Shown here piece by piece: positions 45,479-54,703 of a stretch of DNA of 64,000 nt. Origin of the DNA: a virus (taxonomy: Duplodnaviria; Caudoviricetes); the IMG/VR virus record IMGVR_UViG_3300033073_001572, positions 10,418 through 74,417 of that record; one strand, given 5' to 3'. The position numbers and the translations under genes are program-made. The notes below the pieces were generated by a model, which was not told the origin of the DNA, made no database searches, and worked only from the letters and a program-made list of their open reading frames with translations. Within the stretch, counting starts at the first letter, position 1; the number at the start of each line of letters is the position of its first letter.

Positions 45479-46426
45479 TTACTCCAATATCAATGTAAAG
45501 ATCTTTGCAAAATTAGACGCACCAAAACTATCAATATACACCTTACCTAAGAAAATAACTCTCTTAGAACCGCCCGTAGAATCTGAGTCATATGAACCGA
45601 AATCGACCATATCTAGTTTTCTAATATTGCTTCCAATCTCAAATGCTTGAATGCAAATATCATTTGTTTGTGATGTACTTGTAAATTCTATAGCCTTTGA
45701 TGGACAGATAGGTTGGTCCGGTACTTTACCGATCAAGTGCATCTCAAGGTCACTCAATGTGTAGTCAGGAGTCTTCTTTATATCCTCATATTGACCTAAA
45801 ACTCTAGTTCCCGTATCGTCAACACATATTGGCGGCATGAACATAAAGTTAGGTGAATTTGAGAATATTGGGTCTGTCAGGACAGAATTTGCTTGATCGA
45901 GTGAAACAACAAGATCGTCTCCTATGATTGGACCCCGATTGCCGTAGTTAAATGTAATCGAGTTTTGCGAAACTTCAAATGTATCTGACTCATCTATTGG
46001 ATCTTTGGACGCAATAATCTGTTGTTTTTTAAAATTCTCTAGTGTTGACTTAATAATCGTGTTTGCAATATTAGAATAATCATTGACGGATGTATTGGGT
46101 TCAATTACCCCATTTTTAATGATTATTCCACTTTTTGTATTGATCCTATCACCCACATCAGAAACAACAGTTGCAAATGGAATAACAGCTCCATTGTCAT
46201 CTTTCTCAATTGTTATCTGGTCAAATACGTAAGAAATAGCCTCAGGATAAAGCCTGGTGTAAGCTGAATCTGCTGAACCTGATATTGAAGTTCTATCGTA
46301 AAATGCATTTTTATCTGTGAATGTCGCATAGGAAATTTTAAAATCGCCAGAACCTAGCTGGCGCTTACCTTCTGCTGTTACGACAACGTCCATTACGCGT
46401 GTCTTATTGTCTAGTATTCCTGCCAT
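45479..46426 (-). CDS. Baseplate structural protein (315 aa)
   Basis: N-terminal MAGILDNKTRVMDVVVTAEGKRQLGSGDFKISYATFTD, paralogous to 37813..38505. Confidence 0.6.
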   Translation of the reverse strand: MAGILDNKTRVMDVVVTAEGKRQLGSGDFKISYATFTDKNAFYDRTSISGSADSAYTRLYPEAISYVFDQITIEKDDNGAVIPFATVVSDVGDRINTKSGIIIKNGVIEPNTSVNDYSNIANTIIKSTLENFKKQQIIASKDPIDESDTFEVSQNSITFNYGNRGPIIGDDLVVSLDQANSVLTDPIFSNSPNFMFMPPICVDDTGTRVLGQYEDIKKTPDYTLSDLEMHLIGKVPDQPICPSKAIEFTSTSQTNDICIQAFEIGSNIRKLDMVDFGSYDSDSTGGSKRVIFLGKVYIDSFGASNFAKIFTLILE

Positions 46427-46431
46427 GACTA

Positions 46432-46439
46432 TAAGTATT
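46432..46439 (-). promoter_or_regulatory. Putative late promoter (AATACTTA), leaderless spacing
   Basis: AATACTTA-TAGTC-ATG. Confidence 0.55.
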
Positions 46440-46449
46440 TACCTGCTGG

Positions 46450-49038
46450 CTACGTCGATGATAAAAGCGTTGAGGGCTTATTGAGGACGATAGTTTCAAC
46501 AGAGAATTGAGGATTTTCTGTAAACACAATATCGGGCCTATTTCTTGGAATTTCATCATCATAATATGGCAAAGATGCTGTGCATGCAGTGCTTAGATTA
46601 CAAGACCTTGTCGACAGCGGGTCGACGGGTATTTCAGATGACTGTGACACAAATAAAACGCTTACAGGACTTCCTATCTTTGAAACACCAAATGTCTTAA
46701 TAAAGTCAGGCTCAGGATATGTCCCAACTGCGAAGATTGTTTCTTCGTGCTTTGCATCCAACCTTTGTTCAAGCATGTCGCGATATTGTCCAAATCTATC
46801 ATACCTAAAAGTAGCTACTGGATATGCTCTTGACATTTTTGAAAGACTTAGTAGAATTTCGGGCGTGAGGCTAAAGAATGAAAATCCTGGTGGGAAGTGT
46901 CCATCTTCGTTCCTTTCAGCGAAATTCTTAAGTGTGATAAAAGGCTCCAGCGCAAAATCATCATATGAATTTCCTGAAGTTGCTCTTGAAACAAGACCTC
47001 TTGGATTTGTGAGAGAGCCCATCGTTCCTGTAACATAATTGTCAAGATACGAACCTGAATATTCCATTCTTTGTGCGATTTGGAATTGATCAACTATAAC
47101 TTCGTGGATGTCTTCATGAACAGAATTTGATGTTAAGGGTTGATTTGAAATTGCGATCTTTTCTTTGCCGTCCTTAATAAGCGTCCCGTAAAGAAAGACT
47201 TTTGCTTCTTGCGCAAGCAAAGTTAGATTTTGTTGATTGATTGTATCTGCTACGTCATGAGGAAAACCTGAACCTGCCCCGAAACCATCAGGCAAGTCTG
47301 TTGGATTCCAAGATGGAACTGCATTCGGTTGTATTGTCGAATAGAAACCTGCTTCTATACCAAAAACAAGTTCATCATCTGGCATAAGAATGACCGGTGT
47401 TTCTCGATATGCATTAGTGATATTTGATGTCACTTTTCTATGATTTAGGCCACCACCAGGTAAATCAAATAACTGATCAGGGTTGATTAAGTCCTTTGCA
47501 TAGCTCATATTCGTGTTTGAGCGTAATGTTCTTGGGTCTATAGTGAATTTATCAAATGTCATGACAGGATTTGAATTTATACCAAGCCTTGAAAATCCTT
47601 GGACAGACTGAACGCCTGGGTCGCAAACTCTAAACCCGAGTGGATTAATAGTCGGAAAAACGCCTGGCTGATTTTTGATTTGTGTTCCACCTACCCAAAA
47701 ATTCTTTATGAATCCGCTATTAAAAAATGTTGATAAACCTGTGTTAGTTTCAATTTTTGCCATTGAAGGTGCTGTTACTTGCTCATCATAAATTCTAGGC
47801 CTAAACTTTAGAACAAGATTCTCTGTTAACTCTTTGGTTGTATTGGTGTTTGTTTTTAACATTCCATAATCAAATTCACCACCATTTTCGTGAATCGGTC
47901 CAGAAAACTTTACTCCAAGAGGACCCGTGTATGAAGGAAATGTTCGTTTATTGTAAAAACAAAATGATTGATTTGCAATAAGTGAACGAATGCTACCAGA
48001 AACATCAGATACACTATCAGTTGTTGCATTAGTTCTATTTTGCCTGTAAAGAAAGAAAACATGATTATCAATGTCTCTTCCAAAACCATCGGCAAATCCG
48101 CTAACATCTTGCCCTTGATACCTCGTTCCTTTAACGGGAAGATGAACTTCAATTGACTCAAGTGCGAATGGATGAGCAATAAAATCAGAGAGTTTTAAAC
48201 CTTGTGATGCCTTTGCATGATATCGCGGGGCTGCAGGTGCTTGAAAGAAAGACGTTGGGTAACCTATTTTATCATATCCGACATTTTCCAGATCAGAATT
48301 GATTCCCTTAATATCAAAATATGTCAGACGGGCCAAAAGTCCTGCAACAGACGGTGAGGTGGTAAACTGTCCTACTAAGCGCTCTTGGCCCTCAACAGCT
48401 TCAAGATAATCAATTGTTCCACCATAATTTTTAAGATTTGCACCAAAATAATTTTGATAATTTGTCGATGCACCTGTCGCAGGATCCTTCATACCCACAT
48501 ATTCCCAGGCCTTTGTATCAAAGTTAAAATATGAAAATCCAGAATTATCAACTCCGTCTTTGTTATCATAGTGTTTGTTTATATCTGTATCATTTTCGGG
48601 AGTTATGTCTATTTCGATGCAAATTTGATTGTTGGTCTTGGTAGAAAATCCAGGATAAAGTTGGTTTGAGAAACCTTCATAAATTTCATCTGATGTTGCG
48701 AAAAATCCGCTAGGGTTTCTTGTTTCCTTATAAGGTTCAAAAACTTCATCTGTAAATGTTGTCAAAAACTGCGATGCTGGGCTTATTGACTTCTCAATAT
48801 TTATTGAGCCTGTTTTAAATCCGCTTAGTTTTGCAACTTCGGGCGTTGTGTTAAAAGGCATATTGATTTTTTGTTCAACAAACACCTGCGTATCATTATC
48901 ATCGTATTGTATTGGATTATTTCCTAGAATTCTTTGATCACCCGTTCTAAGAATTGCTGGATATGATCCCAATTTATCGTCATTAATTTGTTGTTGAACT
49001 TTTGGTGATATATTGAGAATTCTAACTGACTTTTTCAT
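46450..49038 (-). CDS. Hypothetical structural protein (~862 aa)
   Basis: ATG 49038 overlaps the upstream stop (ATGA); the track uses GTG 49047. C-terminal FRYDRFGQYRDMLEQR. Confidence 0.75.
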   Translation of the reverse strand: MKKSVRILNISPKVQQQINDDKLGSYPAILRTGDQRILGNNPIQYDDNDTQVFVEQKINMPFNTTPEVAKLSGFKTGSINIEKSISPASQFLTTFTDEVFEPYKETRNPSGFFATSDEIYEGFSNQLYPGFSTKTNNQICIEIDITPENDTDINKHYDNKDGVDNSGFSYFNFDTKAWEYVGMKDPATGASTNYQNYFGANLKNYGGTIDYLEAVEGQERLVGQFTTSPSVAGLLARLTYFDIKGINSDLENVGYDKIGYPTSFFQAPAAPRYHAKASQGLKLSDFIAHPFALESIEVHLPVKGTRYQGQDVSGFADGFGRDIDNHVFFLYRQNRTNATTDSVSDVSGSIRSLIANQSFCFYNKRTFPSYTGPLGVKFSGPIHENGGEFDYGMLKTNTNTTKELTENLVLKFRPRIYDEQVTAPSMAKIETNTGLSTFFNSGFIKNFWVGGTQIKNQPGVFPTINPLGFRVCDPGVQSVQGFSRLGINSNPVMTFDKFTIDPRTLRSNTNMSYAKDLINPDQLFDLPGGGLNHRKVTSNITNAYRETPVILMPDDELVFGIEAGFYSTIQPNAVPSWNPTDLPDGFGAGSGFPHDVADTINQQNLTLLAQEAKVFLYGTLIKDGKEKIAISNQPLTSNSVHEDIHEVIVDQFQIAQRMEYSGSYLDNYVTGTMGSLTNPRGLVSRATSGNSYDDFALEPFITLKNFAERNEDGHFPPGFSFFSLTPEILLSLSKMSRAYPVATFRYDRFGQYRDMLEQRLDAKHEETIFAVGTYPEPDFIKTFGVSKIGSPVSVLFVSQSSEIPVDPLSTRSCNLSTACTASLPYYDDEIPRNRPDIVFTENPQFSVETIVLNKPSTLLSST

Positions 49039-49757
49039 CTTAGCCACCCACCAAAAGCAACTGAATCTGTTCCAGCATCTGAACCATAGTAGTCGAACCC
49101 TGTTTTTGGACTCTTTTCATCAGGTCCAATGTAAGTATAGTCAATTTTAAATGAAAATTTATTGACTAATTGACGATCGTTAAATGCATCATATGAGTCA
49201 TTAACACCACTGTATCCCTGGACTGCGAGACCAAGCATATTTTCCGATGAATCGAAGAAATAACTCTTATCTACATCATTTAAATTATACATCCCGCCAA
49301 ATGTGTATGATGCGCCCTTGATTCCTCTTGCAGATTTCTGGTTGCTTGTCTGCATGAGTGAACGCTTACCCGTATCTCCGAAAATTTCAATTTGTCCGTC
49401 CAATGCGGGACCTGTGAAATAGGGATCTGTGTCATCTTGAATAATGTTTTCAACTAAAATTTCTACAGCTGATTTCCTCTCTGACTTGTCTTCAAACGAT
49501 GAAAAACCATTCAAGTTGATTCCTTGACCAAAATTGACATAGTCAATTTCATGATCAACTTCTCCGCCTATGGTCAGTGCCTTGATTCCCTTACTACTTG
49601 CGTAAGGTATAGTCGATCCAGCATAATGTTGAAAAAGTGAAACTTCAACACCTTGTCGATACGGATCGAATGCTTTTGTTGATTCACTAACAGTCGATGT
49701 GATTGGTTTTATGGGCGTCTCAAGTAGAGAAATTCCCCTGTCGATGAATGGTGTCAT
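49035..49757 (-). CDS. Hypothetical structural protein (240 aa)
   Basis: TAATG coupling; ends GFDYYGSDAGTDSVAFGGWLR. Confidence 0.7.
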   Translation of the reverse strand: MTPFIDRGISLLETPIKPITSTVSESTKAFDPYRQGVEVSLFQHYAGSTIPYASSKGIKALTIGGEVDHEIDYVNFGQGINLNGFSSFEDKSERKSAVEILVENIIQDDTDPYFTGPALDGQIEIFGDTGKRSLMQTSNQKSARGIKGASYTFGGMYNLNDVDKSYFFDSSENMLGLAVQGYSGVNDSYDAFNDRQLVNKFSFKIDYTYIGPDEKSPKTGFDYYGSDAGTDSVAFGGWLR

Positions 49758-52700
49758 TAATATCTCTTGAGAATCGCTGTCAGAGCTGAAAGCAACATGT
49801 CATAATCTCGTGCAGGTCGCTCAGAAAGCATGTACATTTTGTTAATTGGGTATCTATATTTGTTCCTTTCTAGGACGTGTGATTCGATTACGTAGTTTAT
49901 GCCTAAAAATCTTGTCTTTCTAGGAATCATCTGAACGACAAGAGACGTCAAAGAATTATCAAACCATTTAAATAGATCCCTAAAGCGCGTTGTGTCAATT
50001 GGACCTGTCAATCTTTCAAAATACACCTTAGAGACCTTTTCTAGATCTGGGTATGATTCATCGAACAGGCTTGCAGTTTGACCCAGTGCGTCATCTAGGA
50101 ATTGAGTGTCACCAATCAGGCCAATCATGTCCTCATTCGCAGCTTTGTAGGCTGAATATTCGATTGACAGTCTATTATCATCATTAATTGAAAGATCAGG
50201 CCCTAACTGATAAAGTGGTGCAAGCGATGTAGAAGAATCTAACTTTGATGCATCAAGTAAGCTTCTGACTCTGACTTTGTCATCTGTCTGCAATAGATCG
50301 ATATTAGGTGAAATTCGATTGATTTGAAAGAGCTCATTCTTAAGAATGTTTTTACCAACTTCAAACCCAGCTCCGTTTAAATGATAATCATTCTGTGAGA
50401 AATCAAAAAATCTAATCTGTCCGCCGACGTCTGAGCCTGTTGTTGCCTGATCCATGCTGACATCTACTCTAAGCCTCTCAAATGTGCCAGATGAAATTGT
50501 GTCAAAGCTAAAATTAAATCTTGGGTCTTCAACGCCGATTGATCTGTAGTTTCTAAGATGTTCTATGGATTCGACTTCATTGAGATCCTTAGACCAAAAA
50601 CGAACATGTCCAATTCTTCCATCGAATGTTGTTATATCTACTTGATCGTTTAAGAACAGTGTTGTTGATGTGTCAAGACTTTGAGATCCAATGACGATAA
50701 ATGCACCTGAAGTGTTAAAATCTGCATCGATCGTTTGGAACATATCGTTGCTTGCTAGACCGCCTGTTGTTTCACTAAAATACGAGCTAGTCGTAAAGTA
50801 TGTGTAACTTATATTATCTTCAACAGACCCACATCTAAGGAAATAAGATGATGACAATGACCCCGTAAGATCTCCTCTAACTCTTCCTGCATTAAAATAC
50901 CATTTCTCACCGTTGAACATGTCAACATTTTGTATGCTTAATGCAAGTGTTGGAGCTCCTGATTCTTTGCTTGAACGAACATAGAGAGTCAATTGATTTT
51001 GAGCATTGTCAAAAACAATGTTTGCAATACATGCACTAATGCTTGATGGAAGTAACGAGCCAGTTGTGTGTAGCCTCAACAGGCTTTGTGTGTCATTATG
51101 ACCTGACCGTGGTGAGAATCTTACAATGCCTTCAACTGTAAAAGATCCTGAAGTTAAAAGGCCATCATTCACATTGTCTGACATGCCATCAGCTGTAAAT
51201 GTACCTGCAATTTCCGGTAAACCAGGTTCTGTTCTTGATGCTGACAGGAAAGTTGTGTATGCGTGCGGTATATTTGAAAAATACCCCTGCGCGTCGGGTG
51301 TTGCTGAAATTATCCCATATGAACCTGAAAAATCTGCAAGTGGTGATTTTTCTTGCGTCTTTTGACGTAGATTCTTAAGATCTACCACAGCAGGACCGCC
51401 AAACTCTCTTATATTGAAAAAGTTTTCTGGGATGATCCCTGTTGACAAAAGCGCTGAACGCAATGATGACCTAGTACCCTTTGCCTGTATAAGCTCTGTC
51501 ACATTCCCAAGTATCCTGCGCCATATTTGAAATTTGACTTGTTGAAGTGACTTCTTTGCATAGGAATAATCATCACCCAATGCCTGGCCATAAAAGAATT
51601 GGTCAGGTGTGGTATTAGTAAAAAATTCAGGTAAATTTATTCCAAAATGCTGTGCAACATGTGGAAGAAATTTATCAATTGCTGATTCTTGATCTTCAAG
51701 CTCGACATAATTTGTGTGAACAAAATAGTCAAGCATTATCTTTATCTCATCATAGAATTTCGCGTATGCTAGAAGAAAAACAACCAAAAGTTGAGGTTTT
51801 TGAAGTATACCTGTTCCAGGTATTGACGTAGCTGTATAGGGAACACCAAGATTTTGCTCAACTGATGTTAGACCTTCGTGTGTTGCTCCGATATTTAAGT
51901 AGTGTTCAGGAACAAGCTTTATTATGAAGTTTGGATTGTCATTATCAAATGATCTTGCATCTTCTAACAGTGTGTCATTTAACGAGACAATCTCATTAAA
52001 ACCTGCGAAAAGAACTGGTGAAAAGTCTACATTTTCATAGATGATTGGTTGTGGATTAGATGATGTATTTCTTAAGATTGGATTGAAATTGTAGATGTAT
52101 GAATGCAGCTTGTTTCCCGAGTAATCAAGCGCAATATCATTTCCTGCATATGATCCTGACGGTTCATTAAACCTAAAATACGCAGTAAGGTCGTCTGATG
52201 CATAAATTTCTTGTTTTGCAAAGCGCGCCATGTCATCTGTTGATCTAGCTGATTTAAACATTCTAAATTCATCTATTGACCCAGAGAATGTATTAATTGG
52301 TGTAAATTCATAATCAAGTATTGTGTGTGATGAACCTGATCCTATGAAAAGTGAATTTCCTTCAAAGGTTAGTGATCCAAAATCTTGTAGGTCATCGGAC
52401 ACATAACTTAATTTATTGTCAAGATAAATTGATGCTCTTTTTGCTCCCCCGATTACGTCAGTCTGCGCAGTCAAGTGCACCCACTGGCCCTTATTGATTG
52501 AGCCCGAAGCGACTACGTAAGACTCAGATGCAGATGAAATAAGGAATACAACATTACAGTCAGCAGTGCTTAGTGATTCCGAAATGCCAAGCGTAATTCC
52601 TGCAGTTGATGACAACCTTTGTGCTATAACCTGATTATCATTAATCTGTTCTGGAACAAATATGTGAAACTCAAATGAAACAGGCGACGTGCCCAAATCA

Positions 52701-53191
52701 AGGACAGGTGAACCATAATCTACAGTGTTAAGTGTTGGAAAGTTTAATGATTTTCCATCTCTAACTGCGACGTATGTTCCGCCCATATACGATGGTGCTG
52801 TTGAACCAGAAAAATTCAAATAACCCGAATTTTTTGGAAATTGATTATAGATAAATTTTTCAAATCCCGTCAGGATTGAAAGAAACGAATCAATATCGGA
52901 CCTTTTTTTATCAAATGGGAATCCATTGATAATAGTGTCAAATGCGATATCTACTTTTGACCTTGCAGAATTGAAGAAAGTGTGATTTTCAAATTTAGTA
53001 TAATCAACTGGTAATTCTTGTGTAGACTTAATGCCGCTAGCATCGGCGTCTTGAATGAAATTGTTAGCATCGACAGAAAACTTGTCTTCAATTTTAACGC
53101 TAGAAATATCTTTAAAGACAGGTCCAGGTTTCATCTTGACAAGTGTGCTCTTAGAAGCGAAGCTAGGCCTTGTTCCCGTCTTTGATCTCAT
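49757..53191 (-). CDS. Baseplate wedge-like protein with two LamG-like domains (1144 aa)
   Basis: LamG-like patterns WVHL..FSGSIDEFRMF and WYFN..FDGRIGHVRFW. They flank a wedge-like segment FLPHVAQHFG..IWRRILGNVTELIQAKGTRSSLRSALL. Confidence 0.65.
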   Translation of the reverse strand: MRSKTGTRPSFASKSTLVKMKPGPVFKDISSVKIEDKFSVDANNFIQDADASGIKSTQELPVDYTKFENHTFFNSARSKVDIAFDTIINGFPFDKKRSDIDSFLSILTGFEKFIYNQFPKNSGYLNFSGSTAPSYMGGTYVAVRDGKSLNFPTLNTVDYGSPVLDLGTSPVSFEFHIFVPEQINDNQVIAQRLSSTAGITLGISESLSTADCNVVFLISSASESYVVASGSINKGQWVHLTAQTDVIGGAKRASIYLDNKLSYVSDDLQDFGSLTFEGNSLFIGSGSSHTILDYEFTPINTFSGSIDEFRMFKSARSTDDMARFAKQEIYASDDLTAYFRFNEPSGSYAGNDIALDYSGNKLHSYIYNFNPILRNTSSNPQPIIYENVDFSPVLFAGFNEIVSLNDTLLEDARSFDNDNPNFIIKLVPEHYLNIGATHEGLTSVEQNLGVPYTATSIPGTGILQKPQLLVVFLLAYAKFYDEIKIMLDYFVHTNYVELEDQESAIDKFLPHVAQHFGINLPEFFTNTTPDQFFYGQALGDDYSYAKKSLQQVKFQIWRRILGNVTELIQAKGTRSSLRSALLSTGIIPENFFNIREFGGPAVVDLKNLRQKTQEKSPLADFSGSYGIISATPDAQGYFSNIPHAYTTFLSASRTEPGLPEIAGTFTADGMSDNVNDGLLTSGSFTVEGIVRFSPRSGHNDTQSLLRLHTTGSLLPSSISACIANIVFDNAQNQLTLYVRSSKESGAPTLALSIQNVDMFNGEKWYFNAGRVRGDLTGSLSSSYFLRCGSVEDNISYTYFTTSSYFSETTGGLASNDMFQTIDADFNTSGAFIVIGSQSLDTSTTLFLNDQVDITTFDGRIGHVRFWSKDLNEVESIEHLRNYRSIGVEDPRFNFSFDTISSGTFERLRVDVSMDQATTGSDVGGQIRFFDFSQNDYHLNGAGFEVGKNILKNELFQINRISPNIDLLQTDDKVRVRSLLDASKLDSSTSLAPLYQLGPDLSINDDNRLSIEYSAYKAANEDMIGLIGDTQFLDDALGQTASLFDESYPDLEKVSKVYFERLTGPIDTTRFRDLFKWFDNSLTSLVVQMIPRKTRFLGINYVIESHVLERNKYRYPINKMYMLSERPARDYDMLLSALTAILKRY

Positions 53192-53193
53192 AG

Positions 53194-54696
53194 TTAATCG
53201 ACCCTAAATTTGGCTGCTACATCATTAATGAGAATTTCCAGCCCTTTGTTAATTATCTTGAAGTCAAATGTGTATGTCCTGCCTTTTGGCAAAGATGACA
53301 TGAAGAAGTCAAAGTAGTGTGTTGTTGCGTCATTTGAAACTTTCGTTCCAGGATCATGGAAAGGTATGATGACTTCATCACTTTCAAAGTCTCTAACACG
53401 ATAGAAACACTGATCAACGACAATACCTGTATTTTCATATGGAACTTTATAAAAAACAACATCAGAATTGAAGTCTTCAACAAAGAGTCTAAATCTGAAC
53501 TTCTCAGTTGATTTATAATCAGCACGCATGTTTGTGATATTAACGAAATAGCGTTCTGATGTTTGCGAGAAAGATGATCTTTCGGTCGGTTTCACAGTAA
53601 CGGATCCTGTGTAGAAACCGACAGTTCCATCTAATGAGCCCCAAACTTCATCAAATGTAATTGATCCAGACGTCAAGATGTCTTGTCTTAGATTGGGATC
53701 AAACTCACTTATCGCAAATGATGATGTATAAATTCCTGTCTGAAAATTATTTCCTATTTTAAATTGAGATGCATTGAATGTTTGTGTAAAAGATCCAGTA
53801 GAAAGTGTCAAAAACATACAATTGTCACCAACAACAGGTGTTGCCGATGTGCCTGAAAGGAAGTTTCCGGGCGTTCCTCTGTGGTAGTTGTTTAGGAAAA
53901 TAGAACCTGTCAAGTTAAAGTATAAAAGATTGTGATCATCAGAAAGCGAGTCATTGAAAACAGTAATAAGCTTTGGACGCTTAGCAGTATTTGTTGTATT
54001 TCTTGATGCAAATCTTTTAACAAATCTAGTTTTTTCATCGGTCTCTTGAGAGCCAGAGTAGGCTATTCTAAAACCGCAGTCAGGTATTAATCCTGCAAGA
54101 GTTCCTGAAACTAACTTAGTGATGTCAACTTCAAGATCTTCAGTCCCCAAGGGGAATGATTGTGTCACATAGAGTTGAACAATGCCTAAACCGTCTCCAA
54201 GGTCACCTGATTCGATTATGTCAATGTTGCTGCTCCCAAGTGTTCCCGCAGCATCAGCGCCTGGAGTTGACCAAAATACAGGATTTTGAATAACCGATGC
54301 AGTTATGAAGTTGACTGGTCCTAAATCTTCGAATCTAGCAATATCCTTGCCTGTTCCTTCATCGAATGACTTTGAAAGAGCGTGAACAATTAAAGTGAAA
54401 TTCGAAGGTGTTGTCTGTCCACCGTAGACATCTGAGAGCTTTAAGTAACACTTAAATGATGAATCATTGATATCAAGAATTGTCTGTGTCATTTCTCTCA
54501 GTGGGGCCAAGTCAAAATGAACTAAACCCCGTGACAATTCTATGGGATTTAACTCATAGGGAACAGAAGTTTCATCGTAGAGCTTGAAAAGATCAATTGT
54601 TCCTGCTTGACCCGTATTTGCATCAATTACTCTAAAATTTCCAACAATCTTGTTGGTGATGTAAGCATCTTTATCTGTGTGGATAATTCTATACAT
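53194..54696 (-). CDS. Baseplate-associated structural protein (500 aa)
   Basis: DKDAYI, SRGLVHFDL, DLEVDITKLV, RFASRNT..PKLI: a DNRLRE-like beta-sandwich pattern. SD AGGTGA. Confidence 0.6.
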   Translation of the reverse strand: MYRIIHTDKDAYITNKIVGNFRVIDANTGQAGTIDLFKLYDETSVPYELNPIELSRGLVHFDLAPLREMTQTILDINDSSFKCYLKLSDVYGGQTTPSNFTLIVHALSKSFDEGTGKDIARFEDLGPVNFITASVIQNPVFWSTPGADAAGTLGSSNIDIIESGDLGDGLGIVQLYVTQSFPLGTEDLEVDITKLVSGTLAGLIPDCGFRIAYSGSQETDEKTRFVKRFASRNTTNTAKRPKLITVFNDSLSDDHNLLYFNLTGSIFLNNYHRGTPGNFLSGTSATPVVGDNCMFLTLSTGSFTQTFNASQFKIGNNFQTGIYTSSFAISEFDPNLRQDILTSGSITFDEVWGSLDGTVGFYTGSVTVKPTERSSFSQTSERYFVNITNMRADYKSTEKFRFRLFVEDFNSDVVFYKVPYENTGIVVDQCFYRVRDFESDEVIIPFHDPGTKVSNDATTHYFDFFMSSLPKGRTYTFDFKIINKGLEILINDVAAKFRVD

Positions 54697-54703
54697 TTGT
54701 CAC

